Of a stretch of DNA of 64,000 nt, positions 1-10,289 are shown one piece after another. The stretch lies in assembly GCF_000143415.4 (NCBI RefSeq), contig NW_003314287.1:1874951-1938950 (forward strand), read 5' to 3'. Source of the stretch: Selaginella moellendorffii (taxonomy: Eukaryota > Plantae > Lycopodiophyta). Numbering within the stretch: the stretch's first letter is position 1; each line of letters begins with the position of its first letter. The notes beneath the pieces are model-generated. The model was not told the origin of the DNA, made no database searches, and saw nothing but the letters and a program-made list of their open reading frames with translations. The position numbers were made by a program, and so were the translations under genes.

Positions 1-260
1 ACCCCTTCTTCGAAGGCGTCAACTGGGCTCTCATACGGTCGACTGTACCGCCGGAGATCCCCAAGCCGTTTGAGCCAGAGCCGGTGCTTCCGAGCAGGGT
101 AGCACCACCGCCGCCACCTCCGCCGCCGCTGAGCTCTACTACCACGCAACACTCGCTGGAGAAGAGGCCGGTGACTCCGGCCAGTGCTCCTCCAGCGGCA
201 ACTCCTGTTGGTGGCGAGGCAAACGGGTCAGGCTCATATCTGGACTTCGATTTCTTTTGA
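1..260 (+). CDS. 3' end of an AGCVIII (D6PK/PINOID-type) Ser/Thr kinase, truncated by the window start
   Basis: Frame from base 3 reads PFFEGVNWALIRSTVPPEIPKPF, then a Pro-rich linker, then GSYLDFDFF and TGA at 258-260. HPFFxGVNWALIR and the terminal FxxF (PIF) motif are typical of plant AGC kinases. Not in the ORF track. Confidence 0.9.
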   Translation, partial: PFFEGVNWALIRSTVPPEIPKPFEPEPVLPSRVAPPPPPPPPLSSTTTQHSLEKRPVTPASAPPAATPVGGEANGSGSYLDFDFF

Positions 261-452
261 GCATTTGGAGCGGGTAGTGGCTGAGCGAGCAGCAGCAGCA
301 GCAGTGGCGGCAGTAGCACAGCAAATGTGTGGGTGTGGAGGGACTGGCGGATATCGACACGGGGCAGGACAAAAAGGAGCTACAGGGAAGGAAATGCGTT
401 TCTTCTTTCGGTACTTACAAACCTTTCCAGCTATGGAGGACTGGAGGACAGT

Positions 453-500
453 GAGAAGACGAAGAAGAAGGAGAAGAAGAAGAAGAAAGAAGGAGAAGAA
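453..500 (+). repeat. (GAA)n-rich microsatellite in the kinase 3' region
   Basis: gaagaagaaggagaagaagaagaagaaagaaggagaagaa seen directly. Confidence 0.85.
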
Positions 501-794
501 AACGAAAGGGGGAGAAGGAAGAACTTCATTGTCGGGGGATTGGAACAAATTTTCGACAAGCGATCTTCAACAGCAACAAAACAAAAGCAGCAGCAATTCA
601 GAGGCCGGAGGACTTACCCAACAAGGAAAGCAGAGGGAAAGAACAAAACGGAGAGGAGAGAAAAACTCGAGATCAACAATTTCTGGGGAAGAATTGGAAT
701 TTGACAGGTGAGGAGAAGTAGTCACTGTAGCTATCCTTTGTGTTCTTTTAATACTAGCCACTCTTGTATTGAAATATTTCTCTTTTTTCTCTTC

Positions 795-1050
795 CGTGAT
801 CTTCGCAGGATCTTCTCGCAACTTAAAAGTTCTTAAGTTGTATGCTTTGTAAGTTCTTTGCTAAGTTATCACTTAAGTTCTATGTGGAATTGTAAGTTTT
901 TCGCTAACGTGATCTTCGCAAGATCTTCTCGCAAAGTAAAAGCTTTGTAAGGTCTTCGCACTTAAGTTCTATGAATTGTCAGTTCTTCGCTAACGTGATC
1001 TTCGCAAGATCTTCTCGCAAAATAAAAGCTTTGTAAGGAGTTATTCGCTC
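795..1050. repeat. Three imperfect tandem copies of an ~85-110 bp unit
   Basis: Core cgtgatcttcgca(a/g)gatcttctcgcaa...taaaag at ~795, ~908 and ~994, directly beyond the PPR stop codon. Confidence 0.85.
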
Positions 1051-1054
1051 TAAG

Positions 1055-4000
1055 TTACCACTTGTATCCATACTCTGGCTCGTAAAAATCCTGTTCTTGC
1101 AGCTCTTTCTCTTTTTTCTCGTAGAAAAACTCCATCTCCTTCATGGCGTTGGATTTCACGTAGCTTCCCTGGCTCACCAGCGAGTAGTGAGACGAGGAGG
1201 AGCTCTTGTTCTTCAGAGCTCGCTGCCTCAGCTGGTAGTAATCGTCACGCTCGCCTTCCCAGCAATCGAGCTCCACCTTCGTCTTGCGTGGAACTATCCG
1301 ATCGTCGTCACTGCGCGAGGGCCGAGCTTGCTGCTCTGGCTGATCCCAGCTCTCCTCCTCTCGCCACAGCTCGTCGTAGTCCTGTGCTCGATGATCGTCG
1401 CTACGTGTTTCCTGGCTTGGAGGATCATAAGAGTAGCGAGCTTCTCGGTGGAGCTGGCCTTGCGATCGCTGGTAGTCTCCAAAGATCTCACGCCGCTGGA
1501 CATAGCCGTCCTCCACAAAGCCATTCCGATCGTCCGGCGGGAACTCCACGTCCGGCCACTCGCTGCTACTACTCTTCGTCCTCGACCACCTTGTTTCATC
1601 GCCACTTTGCCTCATCGATCGTCGACCGGAAGAAGAAGAAGAAGAAGCGAGCTCCTCCATCTTGGATGAAAGTTGATCCAAACTCTTCTCGAGTTCCCGA
1701 CTTCTCTGGTTTGTCACTTGGATTCTTCCAGGCACGACCATCTTTTCTTCTTGACGAGCTCCTGTTGCATAAGAGAGTTGCTCCATATGGGATGAAAGTT
1801 GATCCAAACTCTTCTCGAGTTGGATCTTTTCTCTCTGGCCTTGCGAATCTCTGGACTGGTTTTCTTGCCAAACTTCGTGCTGGCTTTTGCTCGTTCCCTG
1901 TTCTTCTTCCCGGGCTCTCCATCGCTCATCTTCCGGAGCTCTGCGTTGGTGTTCCTGGTTTGTCACTTGGATTCCTCCGGGCTCGACTCTACTTGCGACC
2001 ATCCTTTCTTCTTCACGAGCTCCTATTGCTTCTTCCACCTTTGCATTCCCGGCCTCGGCATGTAAGACTCTACTCGCGACCATCTTCTCTTCTTGACGAG
2101 CTCCTATTGCTTCTTCCACCTTTGCATTCCCGGCCTCGGCGTTTAAGTTGGAGAGGATGAGATATGGAGAACCACACCCCGGATCCAGCTCACTGTTCTT
2201 CTTTGCCGCTCGGTCTGCTCGCTCCTTATCGTTGTGCGTCTTGCAAGCCGAGAGCAGCGTCCTCCAGGCCCCGGCAACAGGCTGGAATGGCATGGTTTCA
2301 ATTAGCTCCTCGGCCCTGTCCAGCTGCCCGGCTCGTCCCAGCAAGTCGATCAAGCACAGGTAGTGGTCCAGCTCCGGTACCACCTTGTAGTCCTCGAGCA
2401 TCATCAAAAAGTACCACCGCGACTCCTCCACGAAGCCGAGGTGGCTACACGCCGAGAACAAGTGGAGGAACGGCACGGCCCCGGGCCTCAGGCCATTCAC
2501 CAGCATCTCCCGGAAGAGCTCCACGGCCTTCACGTCGAGATCGTTGCGCACGTATCCAGCGATCATCGCAGTCCACGCGACTTCGTCCTTGAAAATCATC
2601 TCCCGGAACAAGCTCTCGGCGGTTTCCAGGCCTCCGCAGCTGGCGTACATGTCGAGAAGCGCGGTCGTGAGCACTGCATCGTCTTCCAGGCCACCGCTCT
2701 CCAGAAGTTCCTGGTGGAGGAGCTTGCCTTGCACTGGAGCTGGAATGCTCGAACACGCTGTGAGAGCGCTCGCGTAAGTCGATCTGTCCGCGTAGTAGCC
2801 TTCCAGATCCATGAGTCCAAACAGCCGCAGCGCCTCCCTTCCAAAACCCGACTTTGCGTATCCCAGGATCATCCAGTTCCAGCTCGCCCAGTTCTTCTCG
2901 CTCATCCTCTCAAACATCTCCCTCGCCCCGTCCAGCCTTCCAGCGTTGATGAGAGCTCCCAACATGGTGTTGTGCGAGACGACGTTCTTGATCGGCATGG
3001 CCGCGAAGAGCCCCTGAGCATCGCCAAACTTCCCAGCGTTGGCGTACGCGGTGGTCATCGCCGTCCAAGTTACCACGTCCCGGTCGGGCATCCGATTGAA
3101 AACCACCTGAGCCTGGTGAAGGTTCCCACACTTTGCGTACATGTCCACCAGCGCGGTGCCGATAGTCACGTCCACCTCCAGGCCATTCTCCACGAACAGC
3201 TCGTGAAAAGCTCTCGCCACCTTGAAGTTCTTGTACTCGGCACAGGCGTGGAGAACCGTCAAGCACGTAACTCTGTTCGGCTGGAGTCCCTCGAGAGCCA
3301 TTTGGTAGTAGTAGCGTATCGCCTCCTTCCCCTGCCCGGCCTGGGAGTGAGCCGTGACCATGGCCGTCCAAGTAACTCGGTCCCGGAAAGGCATCTCCTC
3401 GAACAAGCTCTTGGTCTCCTTGAGCATGCCTTTGGACGCGAAGGCCGAGAGCATGGTGTTCCAAGTCACGGGATCCTTGTTTTCCATCTTGTCAAAGAGC
3501 TGCTTTGCGTCCTCCACATTGCCGCTGCGAGCGAGAGCTTGAAGCATCCCCGTCCAGGAGACGACGTTCTTGATCGGCATGCTCTCGAACAAGTTCTTTG
3601 CCTCGTCCAGCATCCCCCGGTGAGCGTAGGCCGCGATCATGCTGTTCCACGAGACCACGCTCTTGTCTGGATTCGCGTCGAAGATCTGCCGAGCGCCTTG
3701 CACGAATCCGTTCTGGATGAACGCCGCTTGCATGATGTTCCACGAGAAGACGTTCTTCTCGTCCAGCATGTTGAAGACGCTGCGAGCCTCCTCGATCTTG
3801 CCGCAGTTTCCATACATCTGGATCAAGAGGTTGCCGAGGTAAGTGTGCCGATCGTAGAAGCCTTCAGCGAGTCGAGCGTGGATCTTCCTCCCTTCGGCCA
3901 AGTTCCTCGTCCTGGCACACTCTCGCAGCGCGTCTCCGAGCTCGAAAGTGTCGACGCACGCAGGCTGGCTGTAGAAGAGCTCGCGGCGGTGCTTGAGGCT

Positions 4001-5161
4001 CTCCACAGCTTTCATCTCTTCGAGCTTTTCTTTGCTTGCTGGATCGATGCTTCTGTACTCGCCACCACCGTCACGCTGCTCCAGACGACCTCTCGCGTTA
4101 GAGAGCTCTCGCCGGTAGCTGTCTCGTCGATCGCGCCCCCATGCCTTCCAGTCGTCCTCCTCGAGCTTAAACTCCTGCTTAACTCCCTCCCACTTTCGCC
4201 ACCTTCTCTCGCTCTTTAGCTCGTCCTTGAATCTCTTGTTGGCTTCCGAGAGCTCCTCGAGCTTGTCACGAGCAGCCTTGTCGCGGTCAGTCACTGCTTC
4301 CTTTTGGAGCCTCTGCACGGCAGTCTCATCGCCAGGAGGTTTTTTCGACTCAGCAGTTTTTCCATCCCGCGGGTCCGATCTTCTCTCGGCACCCTTCTTC
4401 ATGTTGATTCTCTCCATGGCATTCTTCGCCGAGCTTCTTCTATTCCTCTTCTCTTCGAGCTTTCTCGAGCTCTCCTTCTCTTCCATCCTGTCGTTAAGTT
4501 TCTTCTGGAAATCCTGCCTACTGTTCGAAGGAAACTCCTTTCTAGAATCTGCCAACTTCTTCTCGTGTACCTCGGTTGAATTCTCCTTTCCATCCGACTT
4601 CTCATCCGTCCTTCTCGAAGCCCGACCACTTCCCTTGCTTGAAACGACCTTCATAGCATCAGAGACTTCTTTCTTGTCCAGGCCTTTCTTCTCGTCAGCA
4701 ATGCTTCGCTTCTCCTCGCTAAGTTTGAAGCACTTGTACTCGCCAAGAATCGATACCGAGCTTTTCTTCTTCTCTCCAACCACAGCCTTCTTCTCGCTAA
4801 GAACTGGTTCCAAGCTTTTCTTCTCGCCAAGAGTACGTCCCAAGCTTTTCTTCTTATCATCCACTGGACATTCCTTCTCCTTGTCAACAACAAGCACAGG
4901 CTTCTTCCTATAATCAATCGCCTTCGCTCTTTCTCCTTGCTTCCTCGCCATACCAGGCTTGGACCTCTCTTCCTTGCTTGGCGATGGCAATGCAGCAGCC
5001 CTGGCATCACTCTGCGCCTTCGCTTTGCCGATCGCCTTACCTCCATCATTCGCGAGATGCGCGCTGAGCGAATCCCACGACGTCCTCACGATCAAATGCA
5101 GGCACTCGCGACGCCTCCCAGCAGCGGCGCAGCGAAGCCCCCGCCCGGCGCTCAGTGTCAT
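1055..5161 (-). CDS. PLS-class PPR protein (E-type end, no DYW) with long charged N- and C-terminal extensions, 1368 aa
   Basis: Uninterrupted ORF. Central P-L-S/SS repeats (e.g. TALVDMYAKCGNLHQAQVVFNRMPDRDVVTW) end in HYLCLIDLLGRAG...WRTLLSAC...YLILSNL. About 390 aa K/E-rich N-terminus and about 350 aa repeat-containing C-terminus. The true start codon is uncertain. Confidence 0.88.
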   Translation of the reverse strand: MTLSAGRGLRCAAAGRRRECLHLIVRTSWDSLSAHLANDGGKAIGKAKAQSDARAAALPSPSKEERSKPGMARKQGERAKAIDYRKKPVLVVDKEKECPVDDKKKSLGRTLGEKKSLEPVLSEKKAVVGEKKKSSVSILGEYKCFKLSEEKRSIADEKKGLDKKEVSDAMKVVSSKGSGRASRRTDEKSDGKENSTEVHEKKLADSRKEFPSNSRQDFQKKLNDRMEEKESSRKLEEKRNRRSSAKNAMERINMKKGAERRSDPRDGKTAESKKPPGDETAVQRLQKEAVTDRDKAARDKLEELSEANKRFKDELKSERRWRKWEGVKQEFKLEEDDWKAWGRDRRDSYRRELSNARGRLEQRDGGGEYRSIDPASKEKLEEMKAVESLKHRRELFYSQPACVDTFELGDALRECARTRNLAEGRKIHARLAEGFYDRHTYLGNLLIQMYGNCGKIEEARSVFNMLDEKNVFSWNIMQAAFIQNGFVQGARQIFDANPDKSVVSWNSMIAAYAHRGMLDEAKNLFESMPIKNVVSWTGMLQALARSGNVEDAKQLFDKMENKDPVTWNTMLSAFASKGMLKETKSLFEEMPFRDRVTWTAMVTAHSQAGQGKEAIRYYYQMALEGLQPNRVTCLTVLHACAEYKNFKVARAFHELFVENGLEVDVTIGTALVDMYAKCGNLHQAQVVFNRMPDRDVVTWTAMTTAYANAGKFGDAQGLFAAMPIKNVVSHNTMLGALINAGRLDGAREMFERMSEKNWASWNWMILGYAKSGFGREALRLFGLMDLEGYYADRSTYASALTACSSIPAPVQGKLLHQELLESGGLEDDAVLTTALLDMYASCGGLETAESLFREMIFKDEVAWTAMIAGYVRNDLDVKAVELFREMLVNGLRPGAVPFLHLFSACSHLGFVEESRWYFLMMLEDYKVVPELDHYLCLIDLLGRAGQLDRAEELIETMPFQPVAGAWRTLLSACKTHNDKERADRAAKKNSELDPGCGSPYLILSNLNAEAGNAKVEEAIGARQEEKMVASRVLHAEAGNAKVEEAIGAREEERMVASRVEPGGIQVTNQEHQRRAPEDERWRAREEEQGTSKSQHEVWQENQSRDSQGQREKIQLEKSLDQLSSHMEQLSYATGARQEEKMVVPGRIQVTNQRSRELEKSLDQLSSKMEELASSSSSSGRRSMRQSGDETRWSRTKSSSSEWPDVEFPPDDRNGFVEDGYVQRREIFGDYQRSQGQLHREARYSYDPPSQETRSDDHRAQDYDELWREEESWDQPEQQARPSRSDDDRIVPRKTKVELDCWEGERDDYYQLRQRALKNKSSSSSHYSLVSQGSYVKSNAMKEMEFFYEKKEKELQEQDFYEPEYGYKW

Positions 5162-5170
5162 GGGCGAGGG

Positions 5171-5260
5171 CTAGGGTTTAAGAGCTAGGGCTTTGACTAT
5201 GTTTAACTAATGTCGTCAACGGTAAAATTAATTGACTCTTTTTGACTTACCAGTCAAAAA
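5171..5260. promoter_or_regulatory. Compact divergent promoter with a telo-box and a W-box cluster
   Basis: AAACCCTA on the minus strand at 5172-5179. TTGACT at 5193, 5232 and 5242, and AGTCAA at 5252. Only ~180 bp separate the PPR and lectin starts. Confidence 0.5.
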
Positions 5261-5342
5261 GGCGCTTGCGCTACCGTGTTGAACGGGGAGCACGAGCGAC
5301 CTCTTCCTTGAAATCCATGAGAATTCATCCCATTGCACTCCA

Positions 5343-6386
5343 TTGGGGATTGTCATGGCTGGCCATGGATCATCGAGTCTCCTCGTTTTCCTCCTCTTCT
5401 TGCTCCATCTTCTTCTTGTCTCATCCTTTCGATTCTCCTTCTCGCCCCCTTTCACGGAGAATGACAGGATCCTGGTGGGAGGCAACGCAACCAAGACGGG
5501 GTCTTGCTTGCGCCTGACTTCCAGATCGCGATTCGAGACCGGGCGAGCAATCTACGCGGAGAGAATCAGACTCGTCGATAGCAGCTCCAACACTGTTTCA
5601 TCCTTCAGCACCAACTTCATTTTCCGGATTCGCCAGGGCCTGATCTCCGCCGATGGCCTCGCGTTCTTTCTCACCTCCTCCACCGAGGACCCGCGAGTTC
5701 CACCGGAGGAGAGCTCTGGCCGCCAATTGGGCTTGATATCGGCGAACAGAGATGGATATCCGAGCAACCAGATGGTGGCGGTGGAGTTCGACACATACCC
5801 AAACGTGAACGAGACGCAAGACCAGCACGTCGGCATCGACATAAACAGCGTGAGGAACTCGTACCGGGTGGCGAATCTCTCGTCCAGCGGGCTTCAATTC
5901 ACCAACATGACGCTCATGTCCGCCTGGATCGACTACAGCAGCAGCAGCAGCGTTTTGGAGGTGAGATTGGGCTACTTTTACGAGCCAAGGCCCGACGAGC
6001 CGATGGTTTCAGGCGTGGTGAGACTGAACGATTTCTTGGGTGATCGCGTTTGGGTTGGATTCTCAGCCGCAACGGGTGCTTTCGCCGATGGCTATGAAGT
6101 TCTTGCATGGGAGTTTGCTGCTGGAGGTTTCAATCCAGAGATCTCGCCACCTTTGCTCTCCCCGTCACCGTCACCTTCACCATCACAGTCACCACCGTCA
6201 CCTTTACCCGCGTCTCCTGACTCGTTGGAGCCACCGTCACCACTTTCACCCCCACCTTCATCGCCGCCGTCACCACCAGCACCAGCACCAACACAAAGCT
6301 CTCCTTCCACCACTCCATCTTCATCACAACGTAGAAAGCCGTGGCCATGCGCTTTGATGCTCTTGTTTGCGCTAGCTCTAGTATAA
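5343..6386 (+). CDS. Legume (L-type) lectin with a Ser/Pro-rich stalk and probable GPI-anchor signal; no kinase domain
   Basis: Hydrophobic signal peptide, lectin motifs SFSTNFIF, ADGLAFF, VAVEFDT, HVGIDINS and VWVGFSAATG, then SP/AP repeats and a terminal hydrophobic tail (SSSQRRKPWPCALMLLFALALV*). Confidence 0.9.
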   Translation: MGIVMAGHGSSSLLVFLLFLLHLLLVSSFRFSFSPPFTENDRILVGGNATKTGSCLRLTSRSRFETGRAIYAERIRLVDSSSNTVSSFSTNFIFRIRQGLISADGLAFFLTSSTEDPRVPPEESSGRQLGLISANRDGYPSNQMVAVEFDTYPNVNETQDQHVGIDINSVRNSYRVANLSSSGLQFTNMTLMSAWIDYSSSSSVLEVRLGYFYEPRPDEPMVSGVVRLNDFLGDRVWVGFSAATGAFADGYEVLAWEFAAGGFNPEISPPLLSPSPSPSPSQSPPSPLPASPDSLEPPSPLSPPPSSPPSPPAPAPTQSSPSTTPSSSQRRKPWPCALMLLFALALV

Positions 6387-6445
6387 CCTGAGCATGGCTA
6401 TTATAAAATAAAGAATCAATCTTTTTTATGCTATAGCGTTTCCCA

Positions 6446-7716
6446 TTATAAGATCTTGTAAGAGTCGAGGCATCTCTTGCCTTGCAGCTTGTGCTTGAAA
6501 AAATCGGCCAAGTAATCCTGGAAAGTTACCTCCTTGTAGGCCGGGGGGTGCTCCTCGTCCAGTAGCTCCGGAATGGGACGAATTCGCGCTCCTCTCGACG
6601 GCTGATAGAACGTAGGAATCGAGATGCGAAGCTTGTCGCTGCTGACTTTGGCACGGTGTTCCACGCTCTTGAATCGCCCGTTGCTCAAAATCTGTAAGGC
6701 ATCGTCCACCAAAGTTCCAAAAGAGAAAATGCCGAAAGAATGGTACCTGGAGCTGGTCGCCAAGGTTGACGACGAAGGCATCCTTCACTGGTTTGATCGA
6801 GTACCAGTGCCCGTCCTTGCAAACTTCCAGGCCCTCCACCTCGTTTTGCAGGAGCAAAGTGATCCCTCCCACGTCTGAGTGCTCGCCAATCCCGATCGTA
6901 AGCTCTGGATTCGGACAAGGTGGATAATAGTTGCAAAACATCTCTTGCAGCCTCTCGCTCCCGAAAACACTGCCCAGGTATCTCCGCTCCAAGCCAAGGC
7001 TCTCGGAGAGAACTTCCAGGAGTTTGTCCGCCAGACCCTTGACTCCTCTACAGTAATCCGATGCGACCCTCCTGGTTAAGAAACAAAAGAAAATTGTGAG
7101 TGGTATCTTTTAGTGTTCTAGTGGCTTACGCGAAATAAAAAATGATACCTGTATGAAGCTGGCTTTGTTGGCCAGGACTGCATAGACTCCTCCAGTGGAA
7201 GGCAAGGATGCCGTAAATAATCCTTCCACTCGAGCGAAGTTTCTCGCGATGGATTGTGGCTGGTGCCAAATCGCGTCCTCTTAAACAAGTCCGCCGAGAA
7301 AATCTCCATGCGATCTTCCACAGGCATGGCGAAGAACTCCTTCGCGACCTCCACCATTTCGTGGATTGTGGCAGCCTCGACTCCGTGATTGATCACCTAG
7401 AAATCCATGGAAATATTTCGTGAAAGATCTCGTGATGAGATATTACCTGGAAGAAACCCCACTCCTCCGATGCCCTCGCCACCGCCTCGACGATTCGGCC
7501 GCGATCGCTCCCATCCAGCTCCCGGAGATCGACGATCGGAACCTCGCCCCCGGGCGGCAATACAGACGATTGGACGCGCATCCGGCTGTCCGATCCGATG
7601 TAGAACCTTGGAAGCTCGCGAATGCCGCTGTCGACGAGATCCTTGACGCCGCGCAGCGATTCCTTGAACGAAGAAAACTCCTCCGGAGTGAAAAGATTGG
7701 CCGCAGTGGGCGCCAT
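6446..7716 (-). CDS. 2-oxoglutarate/Fe(II) dioxygenase (DOXC class, F6'H/DMR6-like), 4 exons
   Basis: Exons 7716-7447, 7396-7149, 7071-6747 and 6691-6446 with GT-AG introns. Motifs GVKDLVDSG, EWGFFQVINHG, LEWKDYL, NYYPPCPNP, HSD, VEH and RIS give the HxD...H triad and RxS. Confidence 0.93.
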
Positions 7717-7880
7717 TTTCTTTGTACTCCAAAATTTTAGTCTCTGTCCTCGCGAAGAACCCCCAAATAAATACCTCGAGAGTATATTCCATCTGGATTA
7801 AAATATTTCCCCCTAAATGACTTTACCGGAGAGCCCCCAAACATACAGCGCGGTAAAATTTTCAAAATGCGGGGGGCTGT

Positions 7881-7890
7881 GCCACGTGGC
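7881..7890. promoter_or_regulatory. Palindromic G-box/ABRE GCCACGTGGC upstream of the 2OGD
   Basis: Perfect 10-bp palindrome ~165 bp upstream of the 2OGD ATG, in the divergent 2OGD/NET intergenic region. Confidence 0.45.
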
Positions 7891-8507
7891 GGGCGTGACA
7901 AGGACAAGGACGCATCCAGGCCGCCCATCTGCGATGTCTCCAACGGCTGCCTGCGCAAAGATTCCTGGCCGTCGGCTGCTGGCATCCGACGGCCATTATT
8001 GCCTCGTCGCGCAGTGTAGTAGAGAGTTCTTATTTCTTTTGTTCTTGCCTAGGTAGAGAATAAGGGAAGGTTTTGCGCGGTGTGGATCTTGGAAGAAACG
8101 TGCGCCGCCTCCACAGCGCGGCTCTTGGCGGGATCGAATCCAAGTAAGCGCTGTGCTTGATTAGATCGTTGCATTGCATCCTTCCATGGCGAGCGCGTTG
8201 CATCCCTGAATCGCGAGAGAGGGCGGGCGAATATCATGGATCATAGATCGTTTCTTGGCGAAATGTCCATTGCGCAAGCACGAGAGATGATCGATCTTGA
8301 GCTTCTTGCATATTTCAGTGTGGCTGCATTCTATGCGTCCGCGATTTGGGGTCTCGAAAGAATGAGAATGGTTTCTTAGAGTAGATCATCTTGCATGTCG
8401 CGACACGCCATTCTTGGTCCTGTCGTGACGATTTCTCCTCCTGTTTGGATTTGTCTTAGATAAGGCTGCTAAAGTTTCTTCTGTGTGATGCATGGCGCAG
8501 GGAGCTC

Positions 8508-9993
8508 ATGAAGATGGACATTGGGAGCTCTCAGTCCTGGTGGTGGGAAAGCCATAATCGCCCAAAGCACTCAAAGTGGCTCCAGGAAAACTTGGGAGGT
8601 AAGTTTACTCTTTCCTGGGATTCTTCCCGCTGTGAAGCAACGTGTTTGCTAAAGTTTTGATTTTTTTTTGTTAGCAGATGTTGAGGCGAATGTACAGGCA
8701 ATGCTGGTTTTGATAGAAGGGGATGCCGACTCGTTTGCTCAGAGAGCGGAGATGTATTACAAGAAGAGGCCGGATCTCTTGAAAGTGGTGGAGCAGTTCT
8801 ACAGAGGCTACCGGGCCTTGGCTGAGCGGTATGACCAACTTACTGGAAGCATTCGGCAGATACCATCCACAATTCAATCGCAGTACGGGCTTGTCTCTGA
8901 GTCCCCGCGATCGTCTCCTTTCGCCAAACAGAAGAAGCAAGGAAGTGATATTATTAAGGAGACTTCTTCCACTTTGTTTACCGATTCCAATAGCGAGACT
9001 GGCGAATGTGACGGCAACGGGGATCACTTTGATATTTCTAGCGTGGACGAGAAGTCGGTGGAGCAGAGTCAGGACGGGGAGGAATCCTCATCGTCCTCAT
9101 CGTGTTCTGATGGGGAGGCTGATGGTGCAAGTCTGGCGATTCAGAAGTTACAGGAAGCTTTGGAGAGGTCTCAGGCAGAGAACAAGAGACTCAGCGAGAA
9201 GGCCAGGGAGAAGCTGCAGCAACATCGTGAGACTGAGAAACGACTGCACGGGTTCAGAGAAGATTTTCTCAGGGTGCAGAAGGAAAACAATACGCTGAAA
9301 GCCGAGCTGGAGAAGCTGACGAAGAAGCTGGAGGGAGAGGTTCAGGAGCTTTGCGCCGAGAAAGAGACTTTACAACACAACCTCCGGGAGCTGGAGGAGA
9401 AGTATTCTTCACTTGACGAGAAGTCATCCCTGACTTCTTCGTCAATGCAGAAAGAGATTGCCTTCTTACAGGAAGAGAATGGGAAGCTGCAAGTTCTGAT
9501 GGAGGAGCAGGAGGAAAAGCAGAGAGAACTTACAGCTGGTCTGAGGTTTATGAAGGGCACAGCCACGAGTCTGCTGGCCAAGAACAAAGCCTTGATCGAA
9601 CAGGTATTCAGCCTGGCCGAAAACGACGAAGCCAAGGAACATGCTCTGGTTGAGCAAAGAAACGAAGCATCAAACCTTTCGGATGAAATCCAAAGGCTCA
9701 AGTCCTTGGCAGAAGACAGGGAATGGACTGTGTCAAGTCTAAACTCGAAGGTGGCGGAGATGAACCGGCAGGTGTCTGAGCTAGAGATGGAAAACCAAAG
9801 GCAGAGAGATGCCATTGCGGACAGTGCTGAAGAGAAGAGGGAAGCAATCAGGCAACTTTGCTTCTCTATTGACCTGCTCAACAATCGAAATCAGTGGCTG
9901 GAAGAGTTGGTGTTGTCAGCAAAAGCCAAGATCAATGACTACAACGACAAGTTGGCTCTGAGATCTGCCAGGAGAGGCTGTTTTACGTCCTAA
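8508..9993 (+). CDS. NETWORKED (NET/KIP1-domain) actin-binding coiled-coil protein, 2 coding exons
   Basis: Exon 1 8508-8598 (MKMDIGSSQSWWWESHNRPKHSKWLQENLG). Exon 2 8678-9993 (DSFAQRAEMYYKKRPDL...YRALAERYD, coiled coil, AEEKREAIRQLCFSID). Confidence 0.92.
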
Positions 9994-10289
9994 GGTACTC
10001 ATTTCAAAAATTTAAAAAGAGTAACTGATATAGTTGTATTTGTTTGTAGTGTGTAAAAGGCTGCTTTGGACTTCAGCAAGCGTCCTTCATATAGACGCTA
10101 CTACTTGTATGGAGATGCAGCCAAGACAATCGTTTTGTATTTGAGTGAGGTAATAAAGATTTATAATGTTCTTTGTAGCGAGTCTCAGCCGAAAGAGTAA
10201 TTTCATTCCTTTTGCTTGCACACCCAGGCATTGGAAATACATCAGGCAAGTATTTTTCCTGCCTCTGTCTTGTATGTTAAATAATGTTC

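Noticed and set aside
184-821. Several Arg-, Leu- or Cys-run ORFs
   Set aside because: Produced by GCA/GAA microsatellites in the kinase 3' region; no domain content.
795-1050. Repeat-spacer-like pattern as a CRISPR array
   Set aside because: Eukaryotic context, the inter-core sequences are related to each other, there are only three units, and no cas genes.
2363-4219. 618-aa ORF on the + strand
   Set aside because: Antisense shadow of the GC-rich PPR coding frame; no recognisable motifs.
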